From the NCBI GenBank assembly GCA_002269645.1, contig NIVC01000461.1, positions 372,001-436,000 on the forward strand: a stretch of 64,000 nt of DNA, written 5' to 3'. The notes under the pieces were generated by a model that was given only the letters and a program-made list of their open reading frames with translations, had not been told where the DNA came from and searched no databases. Source of the stretch: Macrostomum lignano (lineage: Eukaryota). Numbering within the stretch: the first letter of the stretch is position 1; each line of letters starts with the position of its first letter. Positions 13,863 through 26,600 of the stretch are shown piece after piece. The position numbers and the translations under genes were made by a program.

Positions 13863-14399
13863 TTTGGAGTGACTCCCCCCTCACGAGGCGGGAGATAAGC
13901 AAGACTGGATGAGAAGTCGAAAGATGAATAATGAGAAGAAGATTGATAAAAATGGGGAGAGCCGAAGCGGCAGCAGCAGCGACAGTTTTTGCCTTGAATG
14001 AAATCTTCTGCTTTTGCGACGAGGTTAATTCCTTCTGCCGCCCAGTCCAGATTTCGGTTCACGCGCCCCTGGGGGGGGATGACGAGCCCAAAGGAAAATT
14101 GGTTGACGGCAAAGCAAAAGCACTGAAAGAGAGGTGGCGACGAGAGAAAAGGTAGTGGCTGGGCGGGCGAGTCAAAGGCTTAGCGACCTGAGCCTACGCA
14201 ACATTGAAAGCGGCGCTGCGAAGGGCCGATTTAAGGCGAAGCCTCTTCAAAGGGGAATCGGCTATCGGAAATGAGCGAGGAAAGTAGGGGCTTATTAAGG
14301 CATTAGCGGCCACTGATTCTCTGCCTTTTGTGTGCTCACAGGCAGCTCTGCAGATGGGAACAGGGTGGGATCTTTGAGATTCTCAGTAGATACAGCGCG

Positions 14400-15885
14400 A
14401 TCCATGAGATTCCCAACGATTTATGAGATCCTCAACAATCCATGAGATTCTCAACACCATCCATGAGATTCTCAACACCATCCATGAGATTCTCAACACA
14501 ATCCATGAGATTCTCAACACCGTCCATGAGATTCTCAACACCATCCATGAGATTCTCAACACCATCCATGAGATTCTCAACACCATCCATGAGATTCTCA
14601 ACACCATCCATGAGATTCTCAACACCATCCATTAGATTCTCAACCATCCATGAGATCCTCAACAATCCATGAGATTCTCAACACCATCCGTGAGACTCTC
14701 AACCATCCATGAGATTCTCAATACCATCTATGAGATACTTAATGCCATCCATGAGATTCTCAACACCATCCATGAGATTCTGAACAATCCATGAGATTCT
14801 CAACACCATCATGAGATTCTCAATACCGTCCATGAGATTCTCAACACCATCATGAGATTCTCAATACCATCCATGAGATTCTCAACACAATCCATGAGAT
14901 TCTCAACACAATCCATGAGATTCTCAACACCGTCCATGAGATTCTCAACACCATCCATGAGATTCTCAACACCATCCATGAGATTCTCAACACCATCCAT
15001 GAGATTCTCAACACCATCCATGAGATTCTCAACACCATCATGAGATTCTCAACACCATCCATGAGATTTTCAACACCATCCATGAGATTCTCAACACCAT
15101 CCATGAGATTGTCAACACAATCCATGAGATTCTCAACACCATCCATGAGATTCTCAACACCATCCATGAGATTCTCAACACCATCCATTAGATTCTCAAC
15201 CATCCATGAGATCCTCAACAATCCATGAGATTCTCAACACCATCCGTGAGACTCTCAACCATCCATGAGATTCTCAATACCATCTATGAGATACTTAATG
15301 CCATCCATGAGATTCTCAACACCATCCATGAGATTCTGAACAATCCATGAGATTCTCAACACCATCATGAGATTCTCAATACCGTCCATGAGATTCTCAA
15401 CACCACCATGAGATTCTCAATACCATCCATGAGATTCTCAACACAATCCATGAGATTCTCAACACAATCCATGAGATCCTCAACAATCCATGAGATTCTC
15501 AACAATCCATGAGATTCTCAACACCATCCATGAGATTTTCAACACAATCCATGAGATTCTCAACACCATCCATGAGATTCTCAACACCATCCATGAGATT
15601 CTCAATACCATCCATGCGATTCTCAACACCATCCATGAGATTCTCAACAATCCATGAGATTCTCAACAATCCATGAGATTCTCAACACCATCCATGAGAT
15701 ACTTAACACCATCCATGAGATTCTCAACAATCCATGAGATTCTCAATACCATCCATGAAATACTTAACACCATCCGTGAGATTCTCAACAATCCAGATTC
15801 TCAACACCATCCATGAGATCCTCAACACCATCCATGAGATTCTCAACACCATCCATGAGATTCTCAACACCATCCATGAGATTCT
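14400..15885. repeat. 21-bp minisatellite (catccatgagattctcaacac)n with an approx. 556-bp higher-order duplication
   Basis: Directly visible. The variant block catccattagattctcaaccatcc is seen twice (about 14626 and 15182). Confidence 0.95.
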
Positions 15886-16411
15886 CAAATATTATAAGAG
15901 TCTCATGAGTATGATCCACAGATGACGGACTTCTCAAACGCCAAGCTAAACTTCATCATTGGCCCTAAACTGGTCTATTGAGTCTCTAAAGTGGCTTTAT
16001 TCTCTTGATCATCCCCCAGTCTCTCAGTCCCTGATGAGGCCTTCCAGCCTCCGTTATCCACTGTTGCATCTGGCGATAAGACAGAGAGAAAGGGGCCAGG
16101 GTGTGGTGTGCTCAACTTTAGAAGAAACTGCCCAGCGGAAATCAGTGAGCCGAAGCAGCAACAGCAGCATTCCCATCCCCAGAACTGGACACTTAATTTC
16201 GAATTCCGAGATCCGCTCTGAGATACGCTGAGACCAACAGCCTCCACTCCCCCTGGCTCGTCTAGGCATTGTGCAGCTCAACTCAGCGTTCTCTTGCCGT
16301 CAGTTTCTTTTTGCTGAGGAATCTCGACACAAATTTAAACAACGCTTAAAACAGTTTCTTGTAAACTCAACTATAGAAATTGCGGCCGGAAAAAGTAGCA
16401 TATGCACTCGT

Positions 16412-17282
16412 ACCTAATCCCAATCCTAACCTAGTCCCGAATCCTAACCTAATCCCGAATCCTAACCTAATCCCAAATCCTAACCTAATCCCGAATCCTA
16501 ACCTAATCCCAAATCCTAACCTAATCCCGAATCCTAACCTAATCCCAAATCCTAACCTAATCCCGAATCCTAACCTAATCCCGAATCCTAACCTAATCCC
16601 AAATCCTAACCTAATCCCGAATCCTAACCTAATCCCAAATCCTAACTTAATCCCAAATCCTAACATAATCTCAAATGCTAACCTAATCCTAACCTTAGGT
16701 ATATACACCTATTGCTGTTCTTTGTCTACGGCCAAAATTGGAGGTCCGTAGCCCTGCGGTCCAGGCTCGATTCCAAGTGCAAGTGAAGTCCAAGTGATTA
16801 GGTTAGAATTTGCGATTAGGCTACGATTTGCGATTAGGTTAGGATTTGGGATTAGATGAGGATTTGGGATTAGATGAGGATTTGGGATTAGGTTAGGATT
16901 TGGGATTAGATGAGGATTTGGAATTAGGTTAGGATTTGGTATTAGATGAGGATTTGAGATTAGGTTAGGATTTGGGATTAGGTTAGGATTTGGGATTAGA
17001 TGAGGATTTGGGATTAGGCCAGGATTTGGGATTAGGTTAGGATGTGGGATTAAGTTAGGATTTAGGACTAGGCCAGGATTTGGGATTAGGTTAGGATGTG
17101 GGATTAAGTTAGGATTTAGGACTAGGCCAGGATTTGGGATTAGGTTAGGATGTGGGATTAAGTTAGGATTTAGGACTAGGCCAGGATTTGGGATTAGGTT
17201 AGGATTTGCGATTAGGTTAGGTTTCGGAATTACATGTAGGCTAGGATTTGGGATTAATTTACGTTTAGGGTTTAGGCTTGGG
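16412..17282. repeat. Inverted pair of telomere-like 18-bp arrays (foldback) around an approx. 100-bp spacer
   Basis: 16412-16695 = (cctaacctaatcccaaat)n; 16797-17282 = (attaggttaggatttggg)n, its reverse complement. Confidence 0.9.
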
Positions 17283-18189
17283 TTGCAGTATCGCAGAACC
17301 TGTAACGACTGTTTCTGCTTTTACATGCTTCCGACGCTGCGAAATTTCTAGCATTCCAGGTTCCAACACCGACTGCATTAAGCACTGGAGAAAGAAGATC
17401 TTCACAGATTCCAGGGCAGCCGCTTCTATAATCAAATCATTTATACGCAATTTCGACCGCGACGGATCTTCAGCTTAAAGAGCTGTCCAAACTTTTCTCG
17501 AACTTAATCCGTTTCTCTCTCTCTCTGTCTCTCGTGATTTCACGGGTCTTCTGCTAGTAGCAGCACAGCACAGAGGAGTGACGTCACAAACGGGACACAC
17601 GACCGCTCTAATCCCAGAGGAGTAGGGGGAGGTATGTGGCAAGAGGGGTTGGGCGATTTATAGGGTAAGAGAGAAGGGCCGCTCGCAAGTGCTCGCTGAG
17701 GCGTGCGAGCGGGTTGAAGGGCACCTCGGTTGGCTGGTCACTCTCCTCGTGCAGGACCTGACAGACGTGGACAGAGACACACAACACACCCACACTCAGC
17801 AGATCTTGGAGCATTTTTATCTTCAAATTCTTTTCTTCTAAGCCAAAGCAGGCAGGGCTTGTGCTCCGCTCGGCTGTGCACACCACCAGCTCCCCGGGGG
17901 CTGTCTGGGGAGTGGGAAGTCGAGTGCACCACTCGGTCCATCTGTGACCTTTCTAATATTCTGAATATCGGGTCAGTGAGGCGGAAGGATTTGGGTGCTG
18001 GGAGCTGGCAGACAATAGGGAGGGAGGGTGGGTTCGGGCGGTGGCAGCAGGTGCGATGATTATCTAATATCAGAAACTGTCTCAACCGATATGTTGCGTA
18101 TGAATAAATATCTGCAGTTAATCTGTGGTTCCGAAATATAGTATTATTGAAGGGGAGGTCAATGAGGTCAGCTGCCCCTCCTACCTTAG

Positions 18190-18390
18190 TGATCAGAGAG
18201 CCTCGGTGTTCTCACTGAGATATCAGAGAGCTTCGGTGTTCTCACTGAGACATCAGAGAGCCTCGGTGTTCTCACTGAGACATCAGAGAGCCTCGGTGTT
18301 CTCACTGAGACATCAGAGACCCTCAATGTTCTCACTGAGACATCAGAGACCCTCAGTGTTCTCACTGATATACCAGAGAGCCTCGGTGTT
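18190..18390. repeat. 30-bp minisatellite (agagcctcggtgttctcactgagacatcag)n, copy 1
   Basis: About 6-7 units; same family as 21690-22228. Confidence 0.93.
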
Positions 18391-18396
18391 TCTAGC

Positions 18397-18767
18397 GATA
18401 TGTTGCGTATAAATAAATATCTGCAGTTAATCTGGGTATGATTGAAGGGGAGGTCAAGGGGGTCAGCTGCCCCACCCACATGAATCATGCGGGGTCATGT
18501 TCACCCTGGCGCAACGCCTTCGGCGACATCGCTGTACACTGACTTTCTCACTCTCTAACTTTCGTCAAACATGACACAAATGACTGAAATCGACTCAGGA
18601 ATTGAGAGAGGAAAGGAGAGGTGGCTCTCACCTAGTGAGCTAGCACTCAATAAGCATGTACACCTTCTGTGCCCCAGGAGTTGGCCCTCATGGTCCTAAA
18701 TCGCACTACGGAATCGAACCAGGGACCTTGGCGCGAGAGTCAAACGAGTTCACCGCTGAGCTGCGTT
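18397..18767 (-). mobile_element. tRNA-derived SINE-like element
   Basis: The minus strand begins GCAGCTCAGCGGTGA (A-box-like) ... GGTTCGATTCC (B box), followed by about 300 bp of body ending gatatttatttatac. The cloverleaf is degenerate. Boundaries are approximate. Confidence 0.5.
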
Positions 18768-20413
18768 GCAGCTGGGACTCTACAGGTGGCCACTTCAACT
18801 GCTGTCATAAAAATATAAGGCACCCTCTGTTCCGTCTCCTGTGATCCTCATTTTTTGTGGAATTATTATCCGCTCCTGTTTTATCCTTTCTTTTCTTTAA
18901 TCTCCTCTATTTTCCGCTCGGTGGCGGACTTCGGCGGAGCCCCCCCGATGCGACGATCCTTTCTTTCGCTTCTTTGTGTGTGTTTGTATTTTTTGGTATA
19001 GGTTTGCTGGAAATCATCTCTTTCGCATCGCGCTGACTGGCTAGAGCTGGGGGGGGTCTGCATGCAGAGCGGCGGCATCCCTCGGTGAGCAGAAACTGGG
19101 ATTACACGCGCATTATGAGAGCAGTGCCGCTAGAAGCTCGAGGATTTAGGCGGAGTGTGCTCGGGGCCCGAGTCCTCACTCACAGCTCAGCTGAGCGGGG
19201 CCTCTCGCATCCCAGGGGAGAAGGACGGAGAAAGGATTATCCTGAGGTTGGGCGGCGGCTCGCTTGGTCGGGAAATCCCCCGGCGCAGAAGAATCCCAAA
19301 TCCTCATCCCGACCCTTTGCCCAGAGTCCGGCCAGCTTTTGTCTAGTTTTTGTTTCGGACCGGCCTCATTATTTTTCTTCAAGGATTCTGCTGGAAAAAT
19401 TCTGTATTTTTCCCCAGCCCTGATTTACCTCCTCAGCTCTAAGTGTGGGGAGTCAATCAGCGCGAAAGCAGAAAAATCCGATGGCGCTGACGCGTTGGTT
19501 TTGCTTTTTTTCTTCTTTTAACTCCCCCAGCAAGCGATTATAAATTCAGAGAAGTTTTCCTGTAACTTTGGCGCAGTTTTCAACCAACTATAAGCGTCTT
19601 CACCTGGCGGACCCACTCGACTGCATCCTCTTCAAATCTGGAGAAGATTCTATGAAACTTTCATAAACAGCCGGCAGCCTCCTGAATAATAGGAGCTGAG
19701 CTTACAGGTGCAGGCGGGCACACTGATTTTAGCCCAGCAGCTAAGAAATCCCCGAGAGCTGAAGAAGCTTGGGAGCGGCGGCTTGTTGAGGCCAACTGCT
19801 GCTCCCAAAGAAGCAACTGCTTGCTTTTTTCTCTATAAGGTGCGACTGCATTATTTTTGTTTCAAAGCTTGGACTCTCTGTTCCGCTGCCGCGCTCTTCT
19901 TTCATTCTCTATAGAGTTGGCCTCTTCAAAAATGGGGAATTAATTGAGAAATAGCCTAAGCGAGAAAAGTTTGTACACGCGGCTCTGGCACTGGCGACAG
20001 ATCTGCATGGCTTCGGATTTCACTGCAGCTCTATGGGGACTGTGCCGCGGGAATCCAGCCTCGCTTTCGTCACGAATAGCCCCCCCCCCCCTGTGTTTGC
20101 CCAGAGCGAGCTGAGAAGATCTCGGTGTGGGATTTGTCTTGCTTCTTATAGCTCTGGAGAGAGAGAGAGAACCAGAACAGGATGGAGCCGAAACCACCAA
20201 GAAAACAGCAGCTCAGCTCCGCTCGGCTCAAAACTCTCGAGATCCTATCGGCCAGAGTTGAGCGTCGGAATCTCCTTCGAGCTACAAACAGACTCAAATT
20301 CCCCCCTCCCTCTCTCACTATTCCTTATCACTTTTGCTGCTTCTGCTGCCGCTGCCAGCTTTCCCTTGGCTCTCATTGCTTTGAGCCACCAGACCGATGG
20401 CCGGGACAGCCAG

Positions 20414-20416
<3 letters not shown>

Positions 20417-20507
<91 letters not shown>

Positions 20508-20526
20508 TGTGTGTGTGTGTGTGTGT
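20417..20526. repeat. Compound (AG)n(GT)n microsatellite
   Basis: Directly visible. Confidence 0.97.
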
Positions 20527-21689
20527 GCTGATCGAGCTGTCGGCACGCAAGATTCATTCATTCACCTCTTCTATACTTCCTTAGCAGCTGCAACGGTGCC
20601 AGACTGTGAGAAGGCGCCCAGCTGCCGATGAAGCATGCAGGGCAGGGGGGCTGGTAGGGAATGGGGGATGGCTCACTCTGGGATGAAGAGATGAGAGCGA
20701 GGAAAGGTGGGGAACAGAGTCTGCAGCAGCTGCAGTTGCCAGCCCAAACAGAAGCCACTGTCTTTAAACGCACTGCGCTGCGCCCGGTTATTTAAAAATG
20801 TGAACGAAGCTTTTGCCTGGGAAAGTTTTTCTCCTGGCTCCGGTTTTTTTCTCGGAATTTAATCCGACCCCAGCTCAGGTGAGTAGCGAGCGCAGCGGGC
20901 GGTCTCAATAATTCAAAGCGTCAACACTGAGCAGTCGGGACCCAGGGCATGCAGAGTTTGGGAGACTCCTTGACCAAGGAGTTTGAGTGCAGAGTTCTAT
21001 CCCTGGTTTCTGTCTGCCTCGGGCGCACCTGACGGGGATTGCATCCAATTTTCCTCACCTTCTTTACCTTTAAGTTTGGGGGGGGGGGTTTAGAAGAGTC
21101 GCTGCCATGCGAAAATGCTAAAACTGAAACCGGGCTGACCCATTGCGCATTCTGCTAGAGTTTGTTCTCTCCTCAATACTCCATGCTAAACTGCCAGCCA
21201 AGAACAGCTGAAGAAGTCAGACTTTCGCTTCGAAGCCAAGCTCAAACATCCTGCTGCTCGCCGGTGATGGAGGGAGGCGGCCGCCAAACTCTTAGAGTTT
21301 GCAAACAATTGAGGGGTCGGTCGGTCGGCTGGGACGCGCGACGGGCGCCAGATTTTAGGGCTGGGGATGGGGGGGGGTGGCGTTTGCATTCTGCCTGGTC
21401 TTCTAGGAGAGTCTGGAGTTCCGATATGGCCTCAGCTTCCTGCTTGCCTCATCTGCCTGGCACTTCTCCCTTCCTCTTTTGCCCTCTTCCTGCTGGAGAG
21501 GTCGCCTTGAGCTTACACTTTGCGCGCGGTAAACAGAGGGACTGAGCGTGGAGCAGCATTTGAGCGTCTTTGTTTATTTAGCGGTAACTTTTTTAAAAAG
21601 CAAGCAGCCGATCTGTCAGCTGAATTTGGAATTTCTTTGGACCATGAGGCTCGACACCTGGTGTAGTCAGCCGTAATTTCTCAAAATTT

Positions 21690-22228
21690 GTGCTCGGTGT
21701 TCTCACTGAGACATCAGAGAGCCTCAGTGTTCTCACTGAGACATCAGAGAGCCTCGGTGTTCTCACTGAGACATCAGAGAGCCTCGGTGTTCTCACTGAG
21801 ACATCAGAGAGCCTCTGTGTTCTCACTGAGACATCAGAGAGCCTCAGTGTTCTCACTGAGACATCAGAGAGCCTCGGTGTTCTCACTGAGACATCAGAGA
21901 GCCTCGGTGTTCTCACTGAGACATCAGAGAGCCTCAGTGTTCTCACTGAGACATCAGAGAGCCTCAGTGTTCTCACTGAGACATCAGAGAGCCTCGGTGT
22001 TCTCACTGAGACATCAGAGAGCCTCAGTGTTCTCACTGAGACATCAGAGAGCCTCGGTGTTCTCACTGAGACATCAGAGAGCCTCAGTGTTCTCACTGAG
22101 ACATCAGAGAGCCTCGGTGTTCTCACTGAGACATCAGAGAGCCTCGGTGTTCTCGCTGAGACATCAGAGAGCCTCGGTGTTCTCGCTAAGACATCAGAGC
22201 GCCTCAGTGTTCTTACTGAGACATCAAA
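21690..22228. repeat. 30-bp minisatellite, copy 2 (about 18 units)
   Basis: Same unit and orientation as 18190-18390. Confidence 0.96.
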
Positions 22229-22801
22229 GAACGTCGCTAGTCCTAAAGCACCTGAACTCTTCCACAAAATTCACGCATTCCAGCGGTTATTTAGCCAAAA
22301 CAATTGAGCCAACTTCCATGACAAATACAAAGATATTTGTGTCACATGAGTGTGTCTGTGTTTGCAGTGCACGATTGAAGAGCTCACAAATTAAAAGTTC
22401 GATTTTGTATTTGTATATTTTTATATTTATAGCAAGCGCGCTAGCGGCGCAACGTAGTAATTGAAACTATGTTATTGAATATATATGTAACTATTTGGAT
22501 AGGCATATATGCTTCAAATGTGTGACAACTTTGAACAGGAGGACAAACCAACAAACAAGCCGAAGGGACTGAAATTTAAAAGAACAACAAAACTTTCCTA
22601 ATAAAGAGTTTTTGCAATTGCAGTTAAGTGTAATTTTACATCATTTTTTCATAGAAAAGAGAGAAAAAACATGCTGAGATTGCGCTGGGGTGTGGGAGGG
22701 TGCTCAAACACAAGCTGTTGTGCAACAATCATTTAGCGATAAGGATCAAAGAACTCGCGCAGACTGAGGTAGTGTGTACCCGCTGACCCCGCCAGGTCGT
22801 G

Positions 22802-23167
22802 CTGATTGGTCAGTGCTACCCCTGCACCAATGTGTCTCTAGACCAGTGATTGGTCAGTGCTACCCCTGCACCAATGTGTCTCTAGGCCAGTGATTGGTCA
22901 GTGCTACCCCTGCACCAGTGTGTCTCTAGGCCAGTGATTGGTCAGTGCTACCCTTGCACCAATGTGTCTCTAGGCCAGTGATTGGTCAGTGCTACCCCTG
23001 CACCAATGTGTCTCTAGGCCAGTGATTGGTCAGTGCTACCCCTGCACCAATGTGTCTCTAGGCCAGTGATTGGTCAGTGCTACCCTTGCACCAATGTGTC
23101 TCTAGGCCAGTGACTGGTCAGTGCTACCCCTGCACCAATGTGTCTCTAGGCCCGTGACTGGTCAGTG
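22802..23167. repeat. 44-bp minisatellite with CCAAT boxes on both strands, about 8 copies
   Basis: Unit gtgattggtcagtgctacccctgcaccaatgtgtctctaggcca. Confidence 0.95.
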
Positions 23168-23684
23168 CCCAGATATCATGAGTTAGTGTTTTTTCAAACT
23201 AATCTTCAAGCCAATTACCAGTAAATGTGGCGACAAAATAATGACTCATTGACAGGAGAAAAAGCCAATCTCATCAAGCAGACTGGAAAATTCTGGGAAA
23301 GGTCAACTCAGGTCCAACCAGACAGCAACAGTTCCAGCCATGTCAAGATTTGCACAGTGCCAAAGACGAAGCGTACAAATAAATCCAATGCTACTACTAA
23401 GTTTAAGTAGAAATTAGCGGATTTACTAATTCAATTCCCGATTGCCGCAAGCCCGCAGAGCAATGAAGATGTCAAACAGATGAATATTGCGTGGCAGGTG
23501 CTGTCTATAGGAGTTGGGAGGGACAGCATGCTCCGGTGCTTCTGCACTGCGAGTCTGCTAAATAGAATATCACGACAGTTCAGTAACAATCTAGGCAAAA
23601 TTTTCCAAAGGATTCGCTCGGCAGCAAAGGCGGTGGTCCTGTCCGCAGAGGGCCTGTCTGTGAGAGGGTGCAGGGGGCCCCGGA

Positions 23685-26600
23685 TCACCAGGACTCGGTC
23701 GCTGCCGCCGATGATGTCGCCGCAACTGTCGCGACTGACGATGGCGGTGGCGGCGGCGGCGGCGGTGGCGGCGGCGGTGGTGGAGGCGCCGCGGGAGGCA
23801 GTCCGGAGCTGGGGCCAGCGCCCGAGGCCGGGTGGTCCATCGAAGGCGGCGGAGGCGGCGGCAGAGGCTGCAGATACGAATGCGGCGGCGGCGGCGGCGG
23901 CGGCGGCAGGCCAGGCGGAAAGTCGGGATGGCCAAAGAACTGCGGCCCGTCTGCGTGGGCGGAGGATTGGCGGATTTGTGCGTCAAAAAAAAGATGAAGA
24001 GGAGCCGCTCTAAGACAAAACTGCGGGCCCCTGGCACATGCGCTTCTTCATCCAGTCTGATGTTTTCTTTCAAAAGTGAGAAACAGCGCAAGCAGCAGGC
24101 GGCATTGGGCGGCCGTTTTGGCACCCCGGGTGTGGCGAGTTTGCATTCCAGAGCGCCGGAAACACTTCATACAGTATAGAGATCGCTTCTGGGAATCACT
24201 TCCCCGTCTTAGCGGGGCGTCCGGGCTGGCGGAATTAGGATCTGGGAGATTCCTTTTGGCGCGGACTGTCTCCGAGGGGGGAGGGGAATGGGCGATAAGC
24301 ATCTGCCTACCTACCCAGGAATTGACAGGACCGGGGGGGGGGGGTCGAGGCAAAGAAAAGGTTCGAAATCTCGTGCCCCAAAGTGTGGCCAAGGCGCTTC
24401 CCCTTTCGCCCGCTCCCCCCACCCCCTGTTGCGCGCGTGTTGCAACAACACAGAGAGGTGTCTGCTAGAGGGAGGCGGATTGCGAGCGTCGCAGAGAGCG
24501 CAGGTGACAGCGATTTGTCACCTCGGCCAGGCGGCCGGACAACTAATATTTGTCCTGCGCTGACACGGAAAGCAAAGGGAACAGATTGTCCGGCGGGTGA
24601 GGGAGGGAGCTATAGCTTTGACAATGGTGAGACAGAAGATATATTGAGAGAGGGGGGGGGCAGCGAGAGGCTGAGAAATTGTCGCCAACTGTCGCGGTTC
24701 GCTTGTCTCTCCTGGGGGGGGAGTTCCTTAAGAAGCCCACTGTTGCAAAGTCTATGTGGCGCGCGTTTTAGCCTCGACTGTAGTTCAGTTTTTCAGCTTC
24801 TAATCTCCTCCCATCATCAACTGTTGCTACGGACTCCGTTGGGCAGGGGTGGGGGGGGGAATTTCAGCTAGCGCGGACGAACCTGCGGCACGCGTCACCT
24901 CCTTCTCAGCAGGGGGAGGCCGTCAGCCCGCTGCTGACAAAGTTGCATCCCAAAGTAGAGAGACAGCCAACTAAATCCCCCCCAGAAAACCGAAGGGCGT
25001 GTTGTATAGGGACACACGCGCTCGCTGCCGCCACTTGCCCATGGAAGCGGCCAAGCAGAAGGACTCCGATCTGGAGGGGTCGAGGCGATCGCCTCAAGCT
25101 CCTCTCGTCTGTCCCAGCCTCCCCCCTCCCACCCGGACTTGGGACGAGCTTCTTTTCAAGTGAGAAAGACCGGCACCCCCGCCCGGCCAGCCAGCCAGCC
25201 ATCGAATTGCCCAGGCAAGTTGCAGACAGAGTCGGACAACTCTGTATGTGTGTGTTGTGTCTGTGTCTGGGCGAGTCTGTGTGTGTGCACCCAGGCTCCC
25301 GTCCCCCGAGACGGACTCCATCATCTGATGTAATCAAGCGGAAGGCCGACTGCCCCCAGCACCGCCGCGCTCTCTCACACACACACGCACACACACACAG
25401 CTCCATCGTGTCGCATACATAGATGGAGCATTGTGTACAATCGAATTCCGCTTCGAATCCCTTATTATTCGAGTAGTCCTTGGCCACCCCCCTCCTTACT
25501 TCTTATCGTGGTTGCTGCCGCAGGCTGAAATCCCGAACGGAGCTATTGACACTGCCCGGCATTATACTTTCTCCGTGCCCTCTCCTCCCCCTTGGGGTCA
25601 GGTCTACGCGAGAACTGGGCAAAGCAGCTTTGCAGTGCGATAGACAATAGCAACAGAATATTTCTAGAATAAAAGAAAGAATCAAGACCTCCTCCAAGGC
25701 AAATCTTTTAGCTTTATACACTTGTAGATAGGGCTTGACTCGACAGCCAGTCAGTCAGAGAGCAGGCAAGCTGCTGTTGGGGGGTGGAGTCGGGTAGACA
25801 AACCCTGAGCTAAAGCCAGGTGCCACTGACTATCTATAGGTCCCCGAGCTCCTGTCCCTCCTCCTCAATTGCGCCTATTCAAAGCCGACTTATGAGCTTT
25901 GCCGCTAAACCCTCACCACCCCACCCCAATAGTGATTGATTAGCAGTGTGTGGGCCAACACCTTGGCCGGGAGCAGTGGGATTGGCAAAAAATTTTAGGG
26001 AAATATGGGATTCAATTGCTTTGATAGAAATATAAATCACTAATAAAGTACAGATTAGAGCATCCAGAATATGCGTAGGTACTCACCGCCGTGCATGCCG
26101 GGCTCCATTGGGGGTCCTTGAACGCCTGGCGGCAACGGAAAATGCGGTTGAGCACCCGGATGGAAAAAGTGTTCGCCAGGGTGATAAACCGGCGAGTAGC
26201 CGTTGTAGAATTCAGCATTTTCTGCAAGGTTGCGTAGGCGATTATGTCTGTGGTAGCTATTGCCATGCTGTCTATGGTAGCTATTCCCATTCTGTCTATG
26301 GTAATTCCCATTCTGTCTATGGTAGCTATTCCCATTCTGTCTATGGTAATTCCCATTCTGTCTATGGTAGCTATTCCCATTCTGTCTATGGTAGCTATTC
26401 TCATTCTGTCTATGGTAGCTATTACCATGCTGTCTATGGTAGCTATTCCCATGCTGTCTATGGTAGCTATTACCATGCTGTCTATGGTAGCTATTCCCAT
26501 GCTCTCTATGGTAGCTATTCTCATTCTGTCTATGGTAGCTATTCCCATGCTGTCTATGGTAGCTATTCCCATCATATCTATGGTAGCTATTCCCACCATG

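Noticed and set aside
18702-18767. Possible tRNA-Glu(CTC) gene
   Set aside because: A and B boxes are present, but the acceptor and anticodon stems do not pair properly; treated as a SINE head.
12400-21550. Numerous GC-rich 60-180-aa ORFs between the membrane-protein gene and Lhx1/5
   Set aside because: No motifs or coherent exon chain; more consistent with the regulatory desert of a homeobox gene.
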